Shown one piece after another: positions 49,491-61,315 of a stretch of DNA of 64,000 nucleotides; position 1 is the stretch's first letter, and each line of letters begins with the position of its first letter. The position numbers and the translations under genes are program-made. The stretch is from Mustelus asterias (lineage: Eukaryota), in assembly GCF_964213995.1 (NCBI RefSeq), contig NW_027590123.1, positions 1,550,001 to 1,614,000 on the forward strand, in the 5' to 3' direction. The notes under the pieces were generated by a model, which saw nothing but the letters and a program-made list of their open reading frames with translations, was not told the origin of the DNA and did not search any database.

Positions 49491-49660
49491 TTCCTTGTGT
49501 CAGTTAATCCATCCTTTCTTACTCTTTATCCTGGATCCCCCTTGTGTTTTTTTTTTACGGCGTGGTTCCTGATGATCATAAAATGCTGGAAATACTCAGC
49601 AGATCAGTTAATGTTTAGTGACAAAAGAGAATAATTCTGAAATTAACAGCATTCTGAAAA

Positions 49661-49733
49661 GTCCCTGCCCGGTTTCGACGCTGAATCCTTTCACGTATGA
49701 GGAGAATTTGATAACCACCACACGATAGAAAAA
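49661..49733 (-). pseudogene. tRNA-Val pseudogene
   Basis: GTGTGGTGGTTATCA...TGAAAGG...TCGAAACCGGGC. Confidence 0.65.
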
Positions 49734-49945
49734 TGACGATATTCGAAATGGAAGCAGATCTGGGTTTCTGGAGGAGCAACTAAACTGGTTCTGCAAGCCC
49801 TTGAACTCCTCACATCAATTTACATTTGCATTGCTTTTGCTGGTTCCTTCTGTCACAATTCATATTATGCATTCCAATGCATTAAATTTTTGTGGATCAC
49901 ATGTTCGGGCAAAGGTATTTCATTACGTTTAAAGTCAGCAGGATA

Positions 49946-50030
49946 ACTGACAGAGGTGGGATTCGAGCCCATTCCTCCACAGATACCTTTTCCCTAAATT
50001 CAATAGTTTAAATTTCTCATGATCGCTAAC
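49946..50030 (-). pseudogene. tRNA-Leu remnant
   Basis: GGAGG..TGGGCTCGAATCCCACCTCTG 3' half. Confidence 0.5.
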
Positions 50031-50699
50031 AGTGCAAAAGATGGTTGTCATCTCTGGCATTGCCAGTGAACAGAATAAATGGAGCAGCGTTTAGTCAAAT
50101 GTCCAACTATGAACATCCTCCAGCACTTAGTAAAATGTTGGCAGATCCCGAGACTCAACATAAATTACCCACCCTTTCTCGAAAGCCCTTAATTCCCTTA
50201 GATTCCAAAAGACACTCTATCTCAGCCTTCAATGTCCTAATCATTGAGGATTCACAGAACGCTGGGCCAGAGAATTTCAAAGATTCACACATCTTTGATC
50301 GAATCAGTATCTCCTTGTCTCTATACTAAATGGCTGATACGTGAGCAGGCATTTTGCAAAGTCTCATTCAAAATTTGAAGAAGTGCAAATATCACATGAT
50401 TGTGAGATAACGTAATCCCTTAATATTTAACAACAAACGGGAATGAGACAACTTTTCCTCACACTGAGAGTTCACTGATTTTTAATAATAATGTCTTGCA
50501 CTTTTCGAAAAGGTGAATGCAATAACCGTCACACTTCAGAAACAAATTACAGATGAAAGCGGCAGAAATTGATGTGTGCCGGTTACTTTCAGCGATAAAT
50601 ATCTGTTCTGTGTTACCTTGTAAATTTCACAGGATCAACAGAGGTGAGATTGGTGGGTCCTGAAATTTGGAAGTTACACATGAACAGATTGTGGGGCTA

Positions 50700-52818
50700 T
50701 TGTGGGGCTACCGTCAGGGAAAGGCACGAATGAAAAGTGGAACTTTTTCAAGGAACAAATACTGGGTGTCCTTGATATGTATGTCCCTGTCACGCAGGGA
50801 GGAAATGGCCGAGTGAGGGAACCATGGTTCACGAAAGAGGTGGAATTTTTTGTGAAAAGGAAGAGGGACGCCTATGTAGGGATGAGGAAACAAGGTTCAG
50901 ATGGCTCGATTGAGGGTTACAAGTTAGCAAGGAACGAGCTGAAAAAGGGGCTTAGGAGAGCTTGGAGGGGACATGAGAAGTCCTTGGCGGGTCGGTTCAA
51001 GGAAAACCCCAAGGCTTTTTACTCTTATGTGAGGAATAAAAGAATGACCAGGGTGAGGTTAGGGCCGGTCAAGGACAGTAGTGGGAACTTGTGTATGGAG
51101 TCAGTAGAGATAGGCGAGGTGATGAATGAATACTTTTCTTCAGTGTTCACCAAGGAGAGAGGCCATGTTTTTGAGGAAGAGAAGGTGTTACAGGCTTATA
51201 GGCTGGAGGAAATAGATGTTCGGAGGGAGGATGTCCTGGCAGTTTTGAATAAACTGAAGGTCGATATGTCCCCTGGGCCTGATAAAATATATCCTCGGAT
51301 ACTTTGGGAGGCAAGGAATGAGATTGCAGAGCCTTTGGCTTTGATCTTTGGGTCCATACTGTCCACGGGGATGGTGCCAGAGGACTGGAGAGTGGTGAAT
51401 GTTGGTCCTCTGTTTAAGAAAGGGAATAGAAATGACCCCGGTAATTATAGACCGGTTAGTCTTACTTCGGTGGTTGGTTAATTGATGGAAAAGGTCCTTA
51501 GGGATGAGATTTACGACCATTTAGAACGATGTGGATTAATCCGGGATAGTCAGCACGGATTCGTGAAGGGCATGTCATGCCTCACAAACTTGATTGAATT
51601 TTTTGAGGAGATAACTAAGTGTGTTGATGAAGGTAGGGCAGTTGATGCCACATACATGGATTATAGTAAGGCGTTTGATAAGGTCCCCCATGGTCGGCTT
51701 ATGATGAACGTGAGGAGGTGTGGGATAGAGGGAAAGTTGGCCGATTGGATAGGTAACTGGCTGTCTGATCGAAGACAGAGGGTGGTGGTGGATGGAAAAT
51801 TATCGGATTGGAGGCAGGTTGCGAGCGTAGTGCCACAGGGATCAGTGCTTGGTCGTCTGTTCTTTGTAATTTTTAATAATGACTTAGAGGAGGGGGCTGA
51901 AGGGTGGATCAGTAAATTTACTGATGACACCAAGATTGGTGGAGTAGTGGATGAGGTGGAGGGCTGTTGTAGGCTGCAAAGAGACATAGATAGGATGCAA
52001 AGCTGGGTTGCAAAATGGCAAATGAAGTTTCACCCTGATAAATGTGAGGTGATTCATTTTGGTAGGACTAATTTAAATGTGGATTACAGGATCAAAGGTA
52101 GGGTTCTGAAGACTGTGGAGGAACAGAGAGATCTTGGGGTCCATATCCACAGATCTCTAAAGGTTGCCACTCAAGTGGATAGAGCTGTGAAGAAGGCCTA
52201 TAGTGTGTTCGCTTTTATTAACAGGGGGTTGGAGTTTAAGAGCCGTGGGGTTATGCTGCAACTATACAGGACCTTGGTGAGACCACATTTGGAATACTGT
52301 GTGCAGTTCTGGTCACCTCACTATAAGAAGGATGTGGAAGCGCTGGAAAGAGTGCAGAGGAGATTTACCAGGATGCTGCCTGGTTTGGAGGGTAGGTCTT
52401 ATGAGGAAAGGTTGAGGGAGCTAGGGCTGTTCTCTTTGGAGTGGAGGAGGCTGAGGGGAGATTTAATAGAGGTTTATAAAATGATGAAGGGGATAGATAG
52501 AGTGAACGTTCAAAGACTATTTCCTCGGGTGGATGGAGCTATTACAAGGGGGCATAACTATAGGGTTCGTGGTGGGAGATATAGGAAGGATATCAGAGGT
52601 AGGTTCTTTACGCAGAGGGTGGTTGGGGAGTGGAATGGACTGCCTGCAGTGATAGTGGAGTCAGACACTTTAGGAACATTTAAACGGTTATTGGATACGC
52701 ACATGGAGCACACTAGGATGATAGGGAGTGGGATAGCTTGATCTTGGTTTCAGATAAAGCTCGGCACAACATCGTGGGCCGAAGGGCCTGTTCTGTGCTG
52801 TACTGTTCTATGTTCTAT
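50700..52818 (+). mobile_element. CR1 LINE ORF2 (ORFs 50702..51481 and 51482..52741, one in-frame stop)
   Basis: Complete RT motif set, (TGTTCTA)n tail. Confidence 0.93.
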
Positions 52819-53287
52819 TTCACCTCACTATCGATTTCATGTTACAGAAAACAGCAATAGCTATTATTATTTGTTGAAAAATCATTTGTGTTCTAATTCA
52901 GCATGTCAAGTCACATCTGATGAGAACCTAAGTAAATGAAATTAAAAGGGAATGGTTTCACGGTTACGCCAGGATAATTATGTACCTATCTGGTGAGATT
53001 GAGGATTGATGGGAAGCGGACAGGAAAGGATTTGAACTTCAGTTGGAAATTCCCAAAGCATCAGTGGGCCGGTTTTCAATCTTTTGTTTATACTGGCAGT
53101 CATTCAGCCTATGTTCCTTTGTGCGCTCTTTAAAGGAAAACTCCATTCCTTCCGCACACGTTCCTTTCCCCTAACGGCTGGGACTGCTTCGCCTCGTTGT
53201 TCCTGCCAGAAACGACACGGCTCACACTCTTTCATTCAAGATGAGCTGTCAGACTTTAGATGGAAGGACCAAAACCCAAGTTAATTC

Positions 53288-53356
53288 TGGCAGTGGTGGG
53301 ATTTAAACCCATGTCTCCGCTGAGATTGGAACCTTAGACCGCTCGGCCTCGCGTAC
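53288..53356 (-). pseudogene. tRNA-Leu pseudogene lacking most of the anticodon arm
   Basis: GGCCGAGCGGTCTAAGG...GGGTTTAAATCCCACCACTGCCA. Confidence 0.7.
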
Positions 53357-54559
53357 AGACGTTGTAATCATGTAATTTACTGATATAGTTAGTGAAATAA
53401 TTTAGAAGGAATGGAGATGGGAAGGGCCAGCAGAAATCTCCAACCTAATTTTTCATTGAATCTGGTCATCATGAAATGTGCAACAAACAGAAATCATCTC
53501 CAGTCAGAAAAAACAATGAGCTGCATTTAAGGGTCGGCACCATTTAAACTGTCCTCAAACTCGTCTGGTTCCCAATCTCCTGCCAGAAATTACAACAAAT
53601 CTTTCTGCTGAATTTGCTCAGGGTCTTTATTTCGGAAAGGACAGGGCACAACGCGAGACTGAGATTTCTATGCATTTCCAGGAAATAACTTATTTGGTTT
53701 CACGGTTTGGACGAGAGCAGCAAATCTTCATTTTCTGATCTGCAATCAAAAGAGCAGTATCCAATTTCTAACCACCAAGTTACAGCGTGTTTTACAATTT
53801 GCTTCATCCGCGCTCCTTTTGTTATTGTAATTTTCACTCCGGACGACTTTCACGACAAACAAGATTCTCCTACAAAATGGCACGTTGTGATTCACTACCA
53901 ATGATGTGTCCGGCCAATGACAACATGCCGCAAATACTCCACGACTGTTATCACTTTCGTTTCCGACGGTTCAAACCGGACTGAAATATTTCGAAATGTT
54001 TTTCATTGAAGAGTGAGGGCTAAATTTCATAATTCAGTGCCAGTGTACATGGCAAAATCTGACCCATTGCCATCCAGATTTTTCCTTATATCACCAGCTC
54101 TATTGGCAGCGTTTTGCAGCCCATTACTGTCCTTCTCTTTCAGTGTTTTTCCATGAACATTTGCACTTGTGATATTTCCAATGAAGTAAACTTGAAAATA
54201 TCACTCGACTGAATTTAATAGATCCGCTTCCGATCAGAGAGTAAATCGGATTAGTTCTAACAGTCTTGCCAGAGCAGTAATTATTTTCCTGAGAGAGAAT
54301 TGAACCGAAACCTCACGAGCAGAGTGTGGAACACAAAACACTGGACTCCAGGGCAACTAGTGAACTATAGTTTCTCAAACCGATTGACCTCATATTCCTT
54401 TGCTCATTATTTTCATCTCAGATTTGTTTTACCATCGACAAGTTGCTCCTTCAACATGTCCTGTTTGGATGGTACATAAGTGCCTCCTTCAGCCAACGAC
54501 AACACGGATTGAGTTCGCTGCATCATGAAATTGACAGTGAGGTGAAATAGTCCCACAAG

Positions 54560-55195
54560 ATGCTGAAGTTTAGAAGGATGAGAGGAGATCTGATCGAGGC
54601 AATCTCGGCCTTTTGGCTAAGATCAAGTGTAGCATGGAGAGGATGCTGCACTTGGTTGAGGTCATTAGGTTACGCTGAAGCTTCATATGTTTCATATGAA
54701 GCAATTTTTAAAAGCGGCATTTCGGCCTTTTGGCTAAGATGCAAATGAGCCCAAGTCTTGGAGGAGGAACCTCCCCCTTCTCCAATCAGCTTGGCTCATG
54801 TAGATCGGGCCCAGGACAGGGTGGTTTGGTCGCTTGCCCTGTCTTGTCAACCTGGATCTGAAATGTCTCAACTTGTTGAGACTCTGAATTGGATTTGATT
54901 TGATTGAATTGGAAAAGTATTTTAAAAAAATAAATAAATAAAAATAAAATTCTAAAAGGGATTGATTGATTAAACGTAAACCATCCCGAACAAGAGGTCA
55001 CAGGTATAGATTGAGAGGCGGTGGATTTAAAAGTGAGATGAGAAGGAAGTACTTCCCGCAGAGTGTGGTGAATTGGTGGAACTCGCTGCCCCATAGCACG
55101 GCGGAGTCTCAATCGCTGGATGATTTCAATAAGGAGATAGATATATTTCCAACTTAAAAAACTAGTTAAAGGGATATGGAAAACAAGCGGGGATT
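54560..55195 (+). mobile_element. CR1 3' fragment hosting the U2-headed insertion
   Basis: FRRMRGDLIE | ILKGID...RGHRYRLRGG.FKSEMRR.YF.QSVVN.WNSLP. Confidence 0.8.
54598..54949 (+). mobile_element. U2 snRNA-headed, A-tailed retroposon (SINEU-like or non-autonomous U2-targeting element)
   Basis: U2 nt 7-36 at 54603-54632, second U2 5' motif at 54722-54740, non-U2 structured body, A-rich tail, interrupts CR1. Confidence 0.7.
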
Positions 55196-55375
55196 TAAAG
55201 AGCAGCGAAAGATGAAATTAAAAAAAAAACATTGCTGATGCAGGCATCTCTCGCCAGAGACTCAGAAAAGTGCAATGTAGTAGAAGTTGAACTGGCTGAC
55301 AAATTCCACCTTTGTAAGGAATTTAAACAAAAGTTCCTTCGACAAATCAATCCTCAACAATGGCAAATAAGAGCA

Positions 55376-55440
55376 AGGATCCACCTAAATTTAGACGCAG
55401 TTTGCTGGGTTCAGAGTGCTCACCATTAGACCAGAGAACC
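55376..55440 (-). pseudogene. tRNA-Gln pseudogene
   Basis: GGTTCTCTGGTCTAATGGTGAGCACTCTG, with a deletion. Confidence 0.65.
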
Positions 55441-55563
55441 TATAACATCGCAGCCGGTTGCAAATGGTCACTCAAAGCATTTGACCCACTTACTGTTGCT
55501 GCCACATTGAATGAAAAAGGTCACATGCTTTGAGTGACCATTTGCATCGGGCGGCTCTGTTCC

Positions 55564-55635
55564 TGTTTCTCTGCTGTGATGGTGAGCACCCTGGACTCCG
55601 AATGCAGTAATCGGAGTTTAGAGCTTGGTAAAAGA
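55564..55635 (+). pseudogene. tRNA-Gln pseudogene
   Basis: GATGGTGAGCACCCTGGACTCCGAATGCAGTAATCGGAGTT. Confidence 0.6.
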
Positions 55636-55974
55636 TTGTTTTTTTTGCTAAAGCAGATAATGGGTTTGCTGAAGGGAATTTAATTTTAAATTCTCAGTAA
55701 GTGGAAATTTCAGCAAATTACACCGCAACCACGGATGCTGCAGCGAATGATTCTACTGGCGTCATTGCATCAACCCCAGAGAACGATTGCTCAAGAATAC
55801 AAAACGCTGAGAGGTAGGGAAGCTACAGTGGGCATTGTGTCCACCTGGACGTGTAATTCACTCTGTTATCTGTCTCAATCTAAACAAAAGTTAGGCGGTG
55901 AGAGGCCAGAGTGCGACACGTTACCCGTGGAATCAACAGCAATCTGAAGGAAGACAGTAGACTTTTATCCCAAA

Positions 55975-56040
55975 ACACACACACACACACCCTCTCTCTC
56001 TCGCTCACACACACACACCACACACGCTCAGGCACACACA
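55975..56040. repeat. (CA)n/(CT)n microsatellite
   Basis: Direct sequence. Confidence 0.85.
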
Positions 56041-56300
56041 CTTGCTCAATAATTGCCAGACTCCAGTCGAATTGTTATTGTGTGACACCAACCACTTCTT
56101 TTTTTCAAAAAAGGAGTTGAAGGACAGCGAAAAGATGAAAAACACTAACGTTGCAGGGATCTGGCGCCTGAGGCTCAGCAATGTGCATTGTAATAGCAGT
56201 TGAACTGGCTGACAAATTGTCCTCTCTCTTCGTGCTTTGTGAGAAATTGAAACGAAGCGCCCTTCAGCAAATCAATCATCTGCCTTTGCAAATTAAAGCA

Positions 56301-56372
56301 AGGCTCTGCCGAGATTTGAACTCGGATTGCTGGATTCAAAGTCCAGAGTGCTCACCATTACACCACGAAACC
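56301..56372 (-). tRNA. tRNA-Gln(TTG), near-intact
   Basis: GGTTTCGTGGTGTAATGGTGAGCACTCTGGACTTTGAATCCAGCAATCCGAGTTCAAATCTCGGCAGAGCCT; one acceptor-stem mismatch. Confidence 0.8.
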
Positions 56373-56786
56373 CAACTCACGACAGCCATCTGAAAATCGT
56401 CGCTCCATACTTATGCCAATTTGAACAGCAGGGCGAAATATCAGTCCCGTTGCACAATCCCGTCAATTACCCACAGCAATTCATATTTACATTGCTGGTT
56501 CCTCCTGTAAAAATGAGTTGGTTACCTTCAACTGCATTAAATTTCACTGCAGCTGATCACATTCAAAGAGCAATGTTAGCATCGAACAGATATCAACCTT
56601 ATTGTGGAAACGTTACTGAACAACATCAGCTGATCAGAGCTCTGCTTTCATCACACTGGAAGCCAATGTGAAAATATGAAGAATTTCAAATCTTAACAGA
56701 CAGAAAGGAGTGTGTGACTGTGGACAATTGGCGCTGTGCATATTCCGGTAATCAGTCTCTAGGAAAATCAGGCAGATGGGATCCTG

Positions 56787-56845
56787 GTGGTCTCGTGGTT
56801 AGGATTCGGCGCTTTCAGGGTCGCAGGCTGCGTTCGATATATTAA
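56787..56845 (+). pseudogene. tRNA-Glu(TTC) 5' portion
   Basis: CCTGGTGGTCTCGTGGTTAGGATTCGGCGCTTTCA; inverted paralogue at ~27715-27775. Confidence 0.7.
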
Positions 56846-57529
56846 GACTTAATGATTTTTATAAACAAACCAGCAATACTTCCTGGTCCAAAGCAGCTCT
56901 GCCAGAATCGGTGGAGTGAGATTTGCATTTTTACGTCCGAGTTGGAAATGTCACACGTGCAACAGGTCAAGAACAAACACAAATAGTGAAAAACAGTGAT
57001 ATGATGCAAAACGCTGCCGATAGAGATGGTGATACAAGGTAAAATCTGGGTGGTAATGGGTCAGATTTAACCGTTTGCATTGACAGAAATATCACTCATT
57101 TCTGGATAACATTCTCGGGCTAAATTACAAGAAAACCTCTCCATGAATGAAACACTAAACTATTTGACTTCGACTGATTGCAAGCAAGTTTCATTCAGAA
57201 AGCAGTAATTGTGAAATTTACAAAGCGGGATGGAGAAAGACTCAGTTTCAGCGGTGACACTGCGGGAGGAATGGAGAGCTGGAGTACACTAAGAAAAGCA
57301 GCAAAGTTTAAACATAACCGGAACCAACCAATGTTGCCCTTGACCGTTATTCCTTGTGTCAGCTAATCCATCCTGTCTTGCTCACTGTCACAGACCTTCC
57401 CTTTTATATTCTTTACTGAGTTATTTCCGCCTGAAATGCCGTAGAAAGCTCAATAGTTCAACTAATGTTTCGTGATAAACGAGAATAACTCTGTAATCTG
57501 AACCATTTTGAAACAAAGCCATCTGGAAA

Positions 57530-57602
57530 TGTTTCTGCCTGGCTTCGAACCGTGGACTTTCTAGATGCAAGGCGAGCGTGATAACCAATACACTGCAGGA
57601 AC
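57530..57602 (-). pseudogene. tRNA-Val pseudogene
   Basis: GTTCCTGCAGTGTATTGGTTATCACGCTCGCCT...GGTTCGAAGCCAGGCAGAAACA. Confidence 0.75.
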
Positions 57603-58399
57603 ATACCAACGTACGTACTTGATGCAGCTCCGATTTACTGGTAGAGCAACTAAACTCGTCCGGCAAGCCCGTCAGTTGCTCACTTTAACCAAAAGAGAAA
57701 ACTCTGGAAAATCACATTATGTCTGGCAGCATCTGTAGAAGAGAAAAGAGTTGACGTTTCGGTCCGGATGACCCTTTGTCAAAGTTTTCTGTGACACATT
57801 TGCTTTCAGACTCCAGCATCCACAGTAATTTGCTTTTATCCAGTTGCTCACTCTCTGCTGGTTCCTCGAATCAAAATGAATGATGATTCATTCGACTGCA
57901 TTACATTTTAGTGATCACATGTTCGACCAAAGCTGTTCATAACGTTTATAGTAATTTAAGTGAAAATCGAACAGTGGGAGAATGTGATCCCCCTCCTTCA
58001 TAAATATCATATCCTAAATTTAGTGTCTCAGATTTCCCATCAAGGACACCAGCAGAAGTCATTGCTGTCAGAGCTGGTATTGGCAATGAACCAAATGAAT
58101 GGAATTGGATGAGATCACATGTCCCATTGAGTCTCCTCCCCCACTTTAAATCAAATCCGAGCTCAACAACTGCCTCATTTCAGGAATCAATTCAGTTAAA
58201 TTTGGTTCCACACAGACAGGGAGAGAAGAGAAGGAACAAAAACAAAAAAGGGGAATGGTTAGTTAGACTGAGAGAGGGAAGGACTGAGGCAGATCTACAG
58301 AGAGAAAAGAAAAAGAGCAAGAATGGGGTAGACACTGAACAGAACAGATACACTTCACTGTTCCATACCGTTTCAAGAAAAAAAAAACTTGAAGGCATT

Positions 58400-58660
58400 G
58401 GAAAGAGCAAATGCTACGGCCCTGAAAAATATTCTGGCAATGGTGCTGAAGAATTGCGCTTCAGAATTTGCCGCAGCTTCAGCTAAGCTGTTCCTAAACT
58501 ACAACACTGGCATCAACCGCCAATGCTACAACTTGCCCAAGATTGCCCGGTTTACAATCATCAGGTCAAATCCAATGCCCCACATTACTACCAGTCTACT
58601 CTTGATCATCAGTAATGTGACGGAAGGGGCAATAAACAATGGTATCAAGAGGCATTCCAA
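58400..58660 (+). mobile_element. Old non-LTR retrotransposon RT fragment
   Basis: ATGPEN/ILAMVLKNCASEFAAASAKLF..YNTGI resembles the KATGPDNIP.VLK.CA.ELA RT lead-in. Confidence 0.55.
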
Positions 58661-59387
58661 TGCAAACTGGAGGAACATCCCCCGATGTCACGATTCGGAT
58701 CTTACTGCATTCCAGACTTAACACTGAGTTCAACAATGTCAGAGCATCTCCTTTCCTCCATCTTCACCCCATTTCCATTTATTTTGTTTTATTTAATTTG
58801 ATTCTAATTATTTTTATTAATTAATATTTTTTCTTTTATATCGATGTTTATTTTTTGAGTTCCATGTTTTGCACTGTTTATTTAAATCTCACTTTCCATC
58901 TTGTTGTCCCCTCTCCCTCCATCCCGCTCGGGCCAAATCCTACATTTCCTTTGTTCTGCCATTTGCACATTCTGATCTCGAAATGCGCAGCCTGCAGCAC
59001 CCTTCTCAGCCATGGTCACCACCATTTAATTTGCCTTTTTGTTTTTCTTGATTGATATGTGACACCTTTGCCACCAACCCCTCACCCATATCCCTCACCA
59101 TTACAGTATAAATCTCGTCCACGTTTCTTTGTCTTCAGCTCTGACGAAGGTCATCCTGACTTTGAACGTTAGCTCTATTCTCTCTTCACAGAGGCTTTCA
59201 GACCTGTTGAGATTTTCTGGCATTTTTTGACCTTGTTTCAGATTCCAGCATCCGCAGGAAATTTGTTTATATCAAGAGGCTCTTGTCAGACGGATTTGTC
59301 CCTGGAATACAAAAAAGCCCCGCTGAAATTGAAAAAAATGCGCCAAGTTACCATAGATAGGCGAGATTAAAACCATTGCAGGCAGCT

Positions 59388-59458
59388 TCCCTGGTGGTCA
59401 ATGGTTAGGATTTGTTGTTTTCACCACTGCGGCCCGAGTTCGATTCCCGGTCAGAGAA
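59388..59458 (+). pseudogene. tRNA-Glu(TTC), probably pseudogene
   Basis: TCCCTGGTGGTCAATGGTTAGGATT...TTTCACC...GAGTTCGATTCCCGGTCAGAGAA; anticodon-stem mismatches. Confidence 0.75.
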
Positions 59459-59662
59459 TGGCAATTTATTGTTTTCTTACAGAACATGATGTAAGTGGAG
59501 TTGGAATTACTTCTTGATCGAAAGCATGAGTGATATTCCTGCCAGTTTCAAAAGCAGAGAGAAAAATCCGCCCCATTCCACAAACTCGTCAATTACCTGC
59601 AGCAATTTATATTTGCATCGCTTCTTTTGGTTCCTCCAGTCAAAATGAATAATGACACATTC

Positions 59663-59964
59663 TTGTAGAATCCCTACAGTACAGAAGGAGGCCGTTTGGC
59701 CCATCGGGTCCGCACTGACATCAATCCCACCCACGCCCTATTCCCGGAAACCCGCATATTTACCCTGATAATCCCGCTGACAGGCGGGTCAATTTAGCAT
59801 GGCCAAGCAACCGAAATCGCACATCTTTGGAAAGGAAACCGGAGCACACGGAGGAGACCCACGCAGACAAGGTGCAAACTCCGCACAGGCAGTGACCTGA
59901 GGAATTTAACCTGAGCCAATGGCGCTGTGGGGCATCATTGCTAACCACTGTGCCACCATGCCGT
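59663..59964 (-). mobile_element. V-SINE (HE1-like)
   Basis: GGCATGGTGGCACAGTGGTTAGCA head, V-domain, CR1-type tail. Confidence 0.85.
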
Positions 59965-60293
59965 CCTTTTCTACTGCATTTAATTTTACTGCAGTGTTAG
60001 TATCAACCTGCGATAAACCGTCTTGTGGCAATTCTGCTGAACAACATTAACTTATCACTGTTAATGGACATGGGTTCCAACCCCAAGTTGGGCGCCACTG
60101 TTTTTAAACTTTGCTGCTTTTCTGGGTGAAATCCAGCTCTCCATTTCTCCGGCAGCGTCACCACTCAAACTGACACCAGATGACAGTACAGCCGGTAAAA
60201 CTTGAGAGCTATTTTTACTGACGCCCACGGACCCATTGCCAACCCGCAACTGTTTGCTTTTGAAGGATCATGGTAAGGAAACAGTACTAGCTC

Positions 60294-60380
60294 CGTCCCT
60301 GGGTGGTCTGGACCCACCAACCTTTCGGTTAACAGCCGAGCGCGCTGACCAATTGACCAATTACTGAGCTCCACAGGGAC
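60294..60380 (-). pseudogene. tRNA-Asn(GTT) pseudogene with D-arm insertion
   Basis: GGTCAGCGCGCTCGGCTGTTAACCGAAAGGTTGGTGG...CCACCCAGGGACG. Confidence 0.8.
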
Positions 60381-61315
60381 TGATACAGCAGCTGTTAACA
60401 ATTTTTCAATCCAGGGTGTCAATGATCACAATTCTATTTCTGCAAAACATGTTCCAAAACTACAGCATGACCGCACCGTTTACAAGTCTACACAAGTCTC
60501 TTTGTTTATTTCGATCCCGTCGTATTGCTGTGATGTAGCGGTTATTCACTTTCTCCTATGAACGTGCAGCTAAAATGAATCCATGTCTCTGGTCAGAGGG
60601 AGGAATTCAACGGGAGGGAAGGGAACTGACCACCAGCAGCCCAAGGATCCAATAATTTCGATACAATCATCAATAACACCATTCACAACTGCACCTCCTT
60701 CCAATATTTTGTTCCGTTTCCCTCAGGATTTGTTCCAAAATTTAATATTTTCCTTGTTTTCTCCTCATTTTGAAATGACAGGCGCTTCAATATACAACAC
60801 AAACACAACCTGACGGACAAACAATGGGAGACAGGTCTCTGGGTAACACAAGTCCCATGGTGCTCATTTTCAGATTCACAGCAGTCAGATTTTCAGTCAA
60901 ATGAAGAAATTTATCACTGAAACCTTTTGGAAAGTTGCTGTAAATGTTGTTTGTGACTCGCTCGCGTATTGTGCAAACGCTACTCGAATGTTCAGTGAGT
61001 GGGCGATAATCTAGCTGAGATTTGATGAGTCTCTAATCGGTATATTGTGACGTTTTACCTGGGCTGGAGTGTTCTGTGTCCCTGGGATGGGCAGTAACCC
61101 CCTGATTGAAGCTGCAGTTGCCACTTATCACTTTCTGCTGTCAGTGGGCGATTGGAGAGTGCGGGGTAAGATCCTGCTGCCTGTCCCTGTCTTAGTCATT
61201 GTGGAAGAGAGAATTTTTGATGGGTTTGTTCCTCTCTCTGAAATGCGGCGTCAAATGACTGCTATTTATGGAGGTGACGCCTTTAATATTCTGACACAAA
61301 TCCGTAGGGCGCAGT

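Noticed and set aside
54603-54790. Functional U2 snRNA gene
   Set aside because: U2 identity stops at nt 36; no PSE context; embedded in a CR1 and followed by an A-tail
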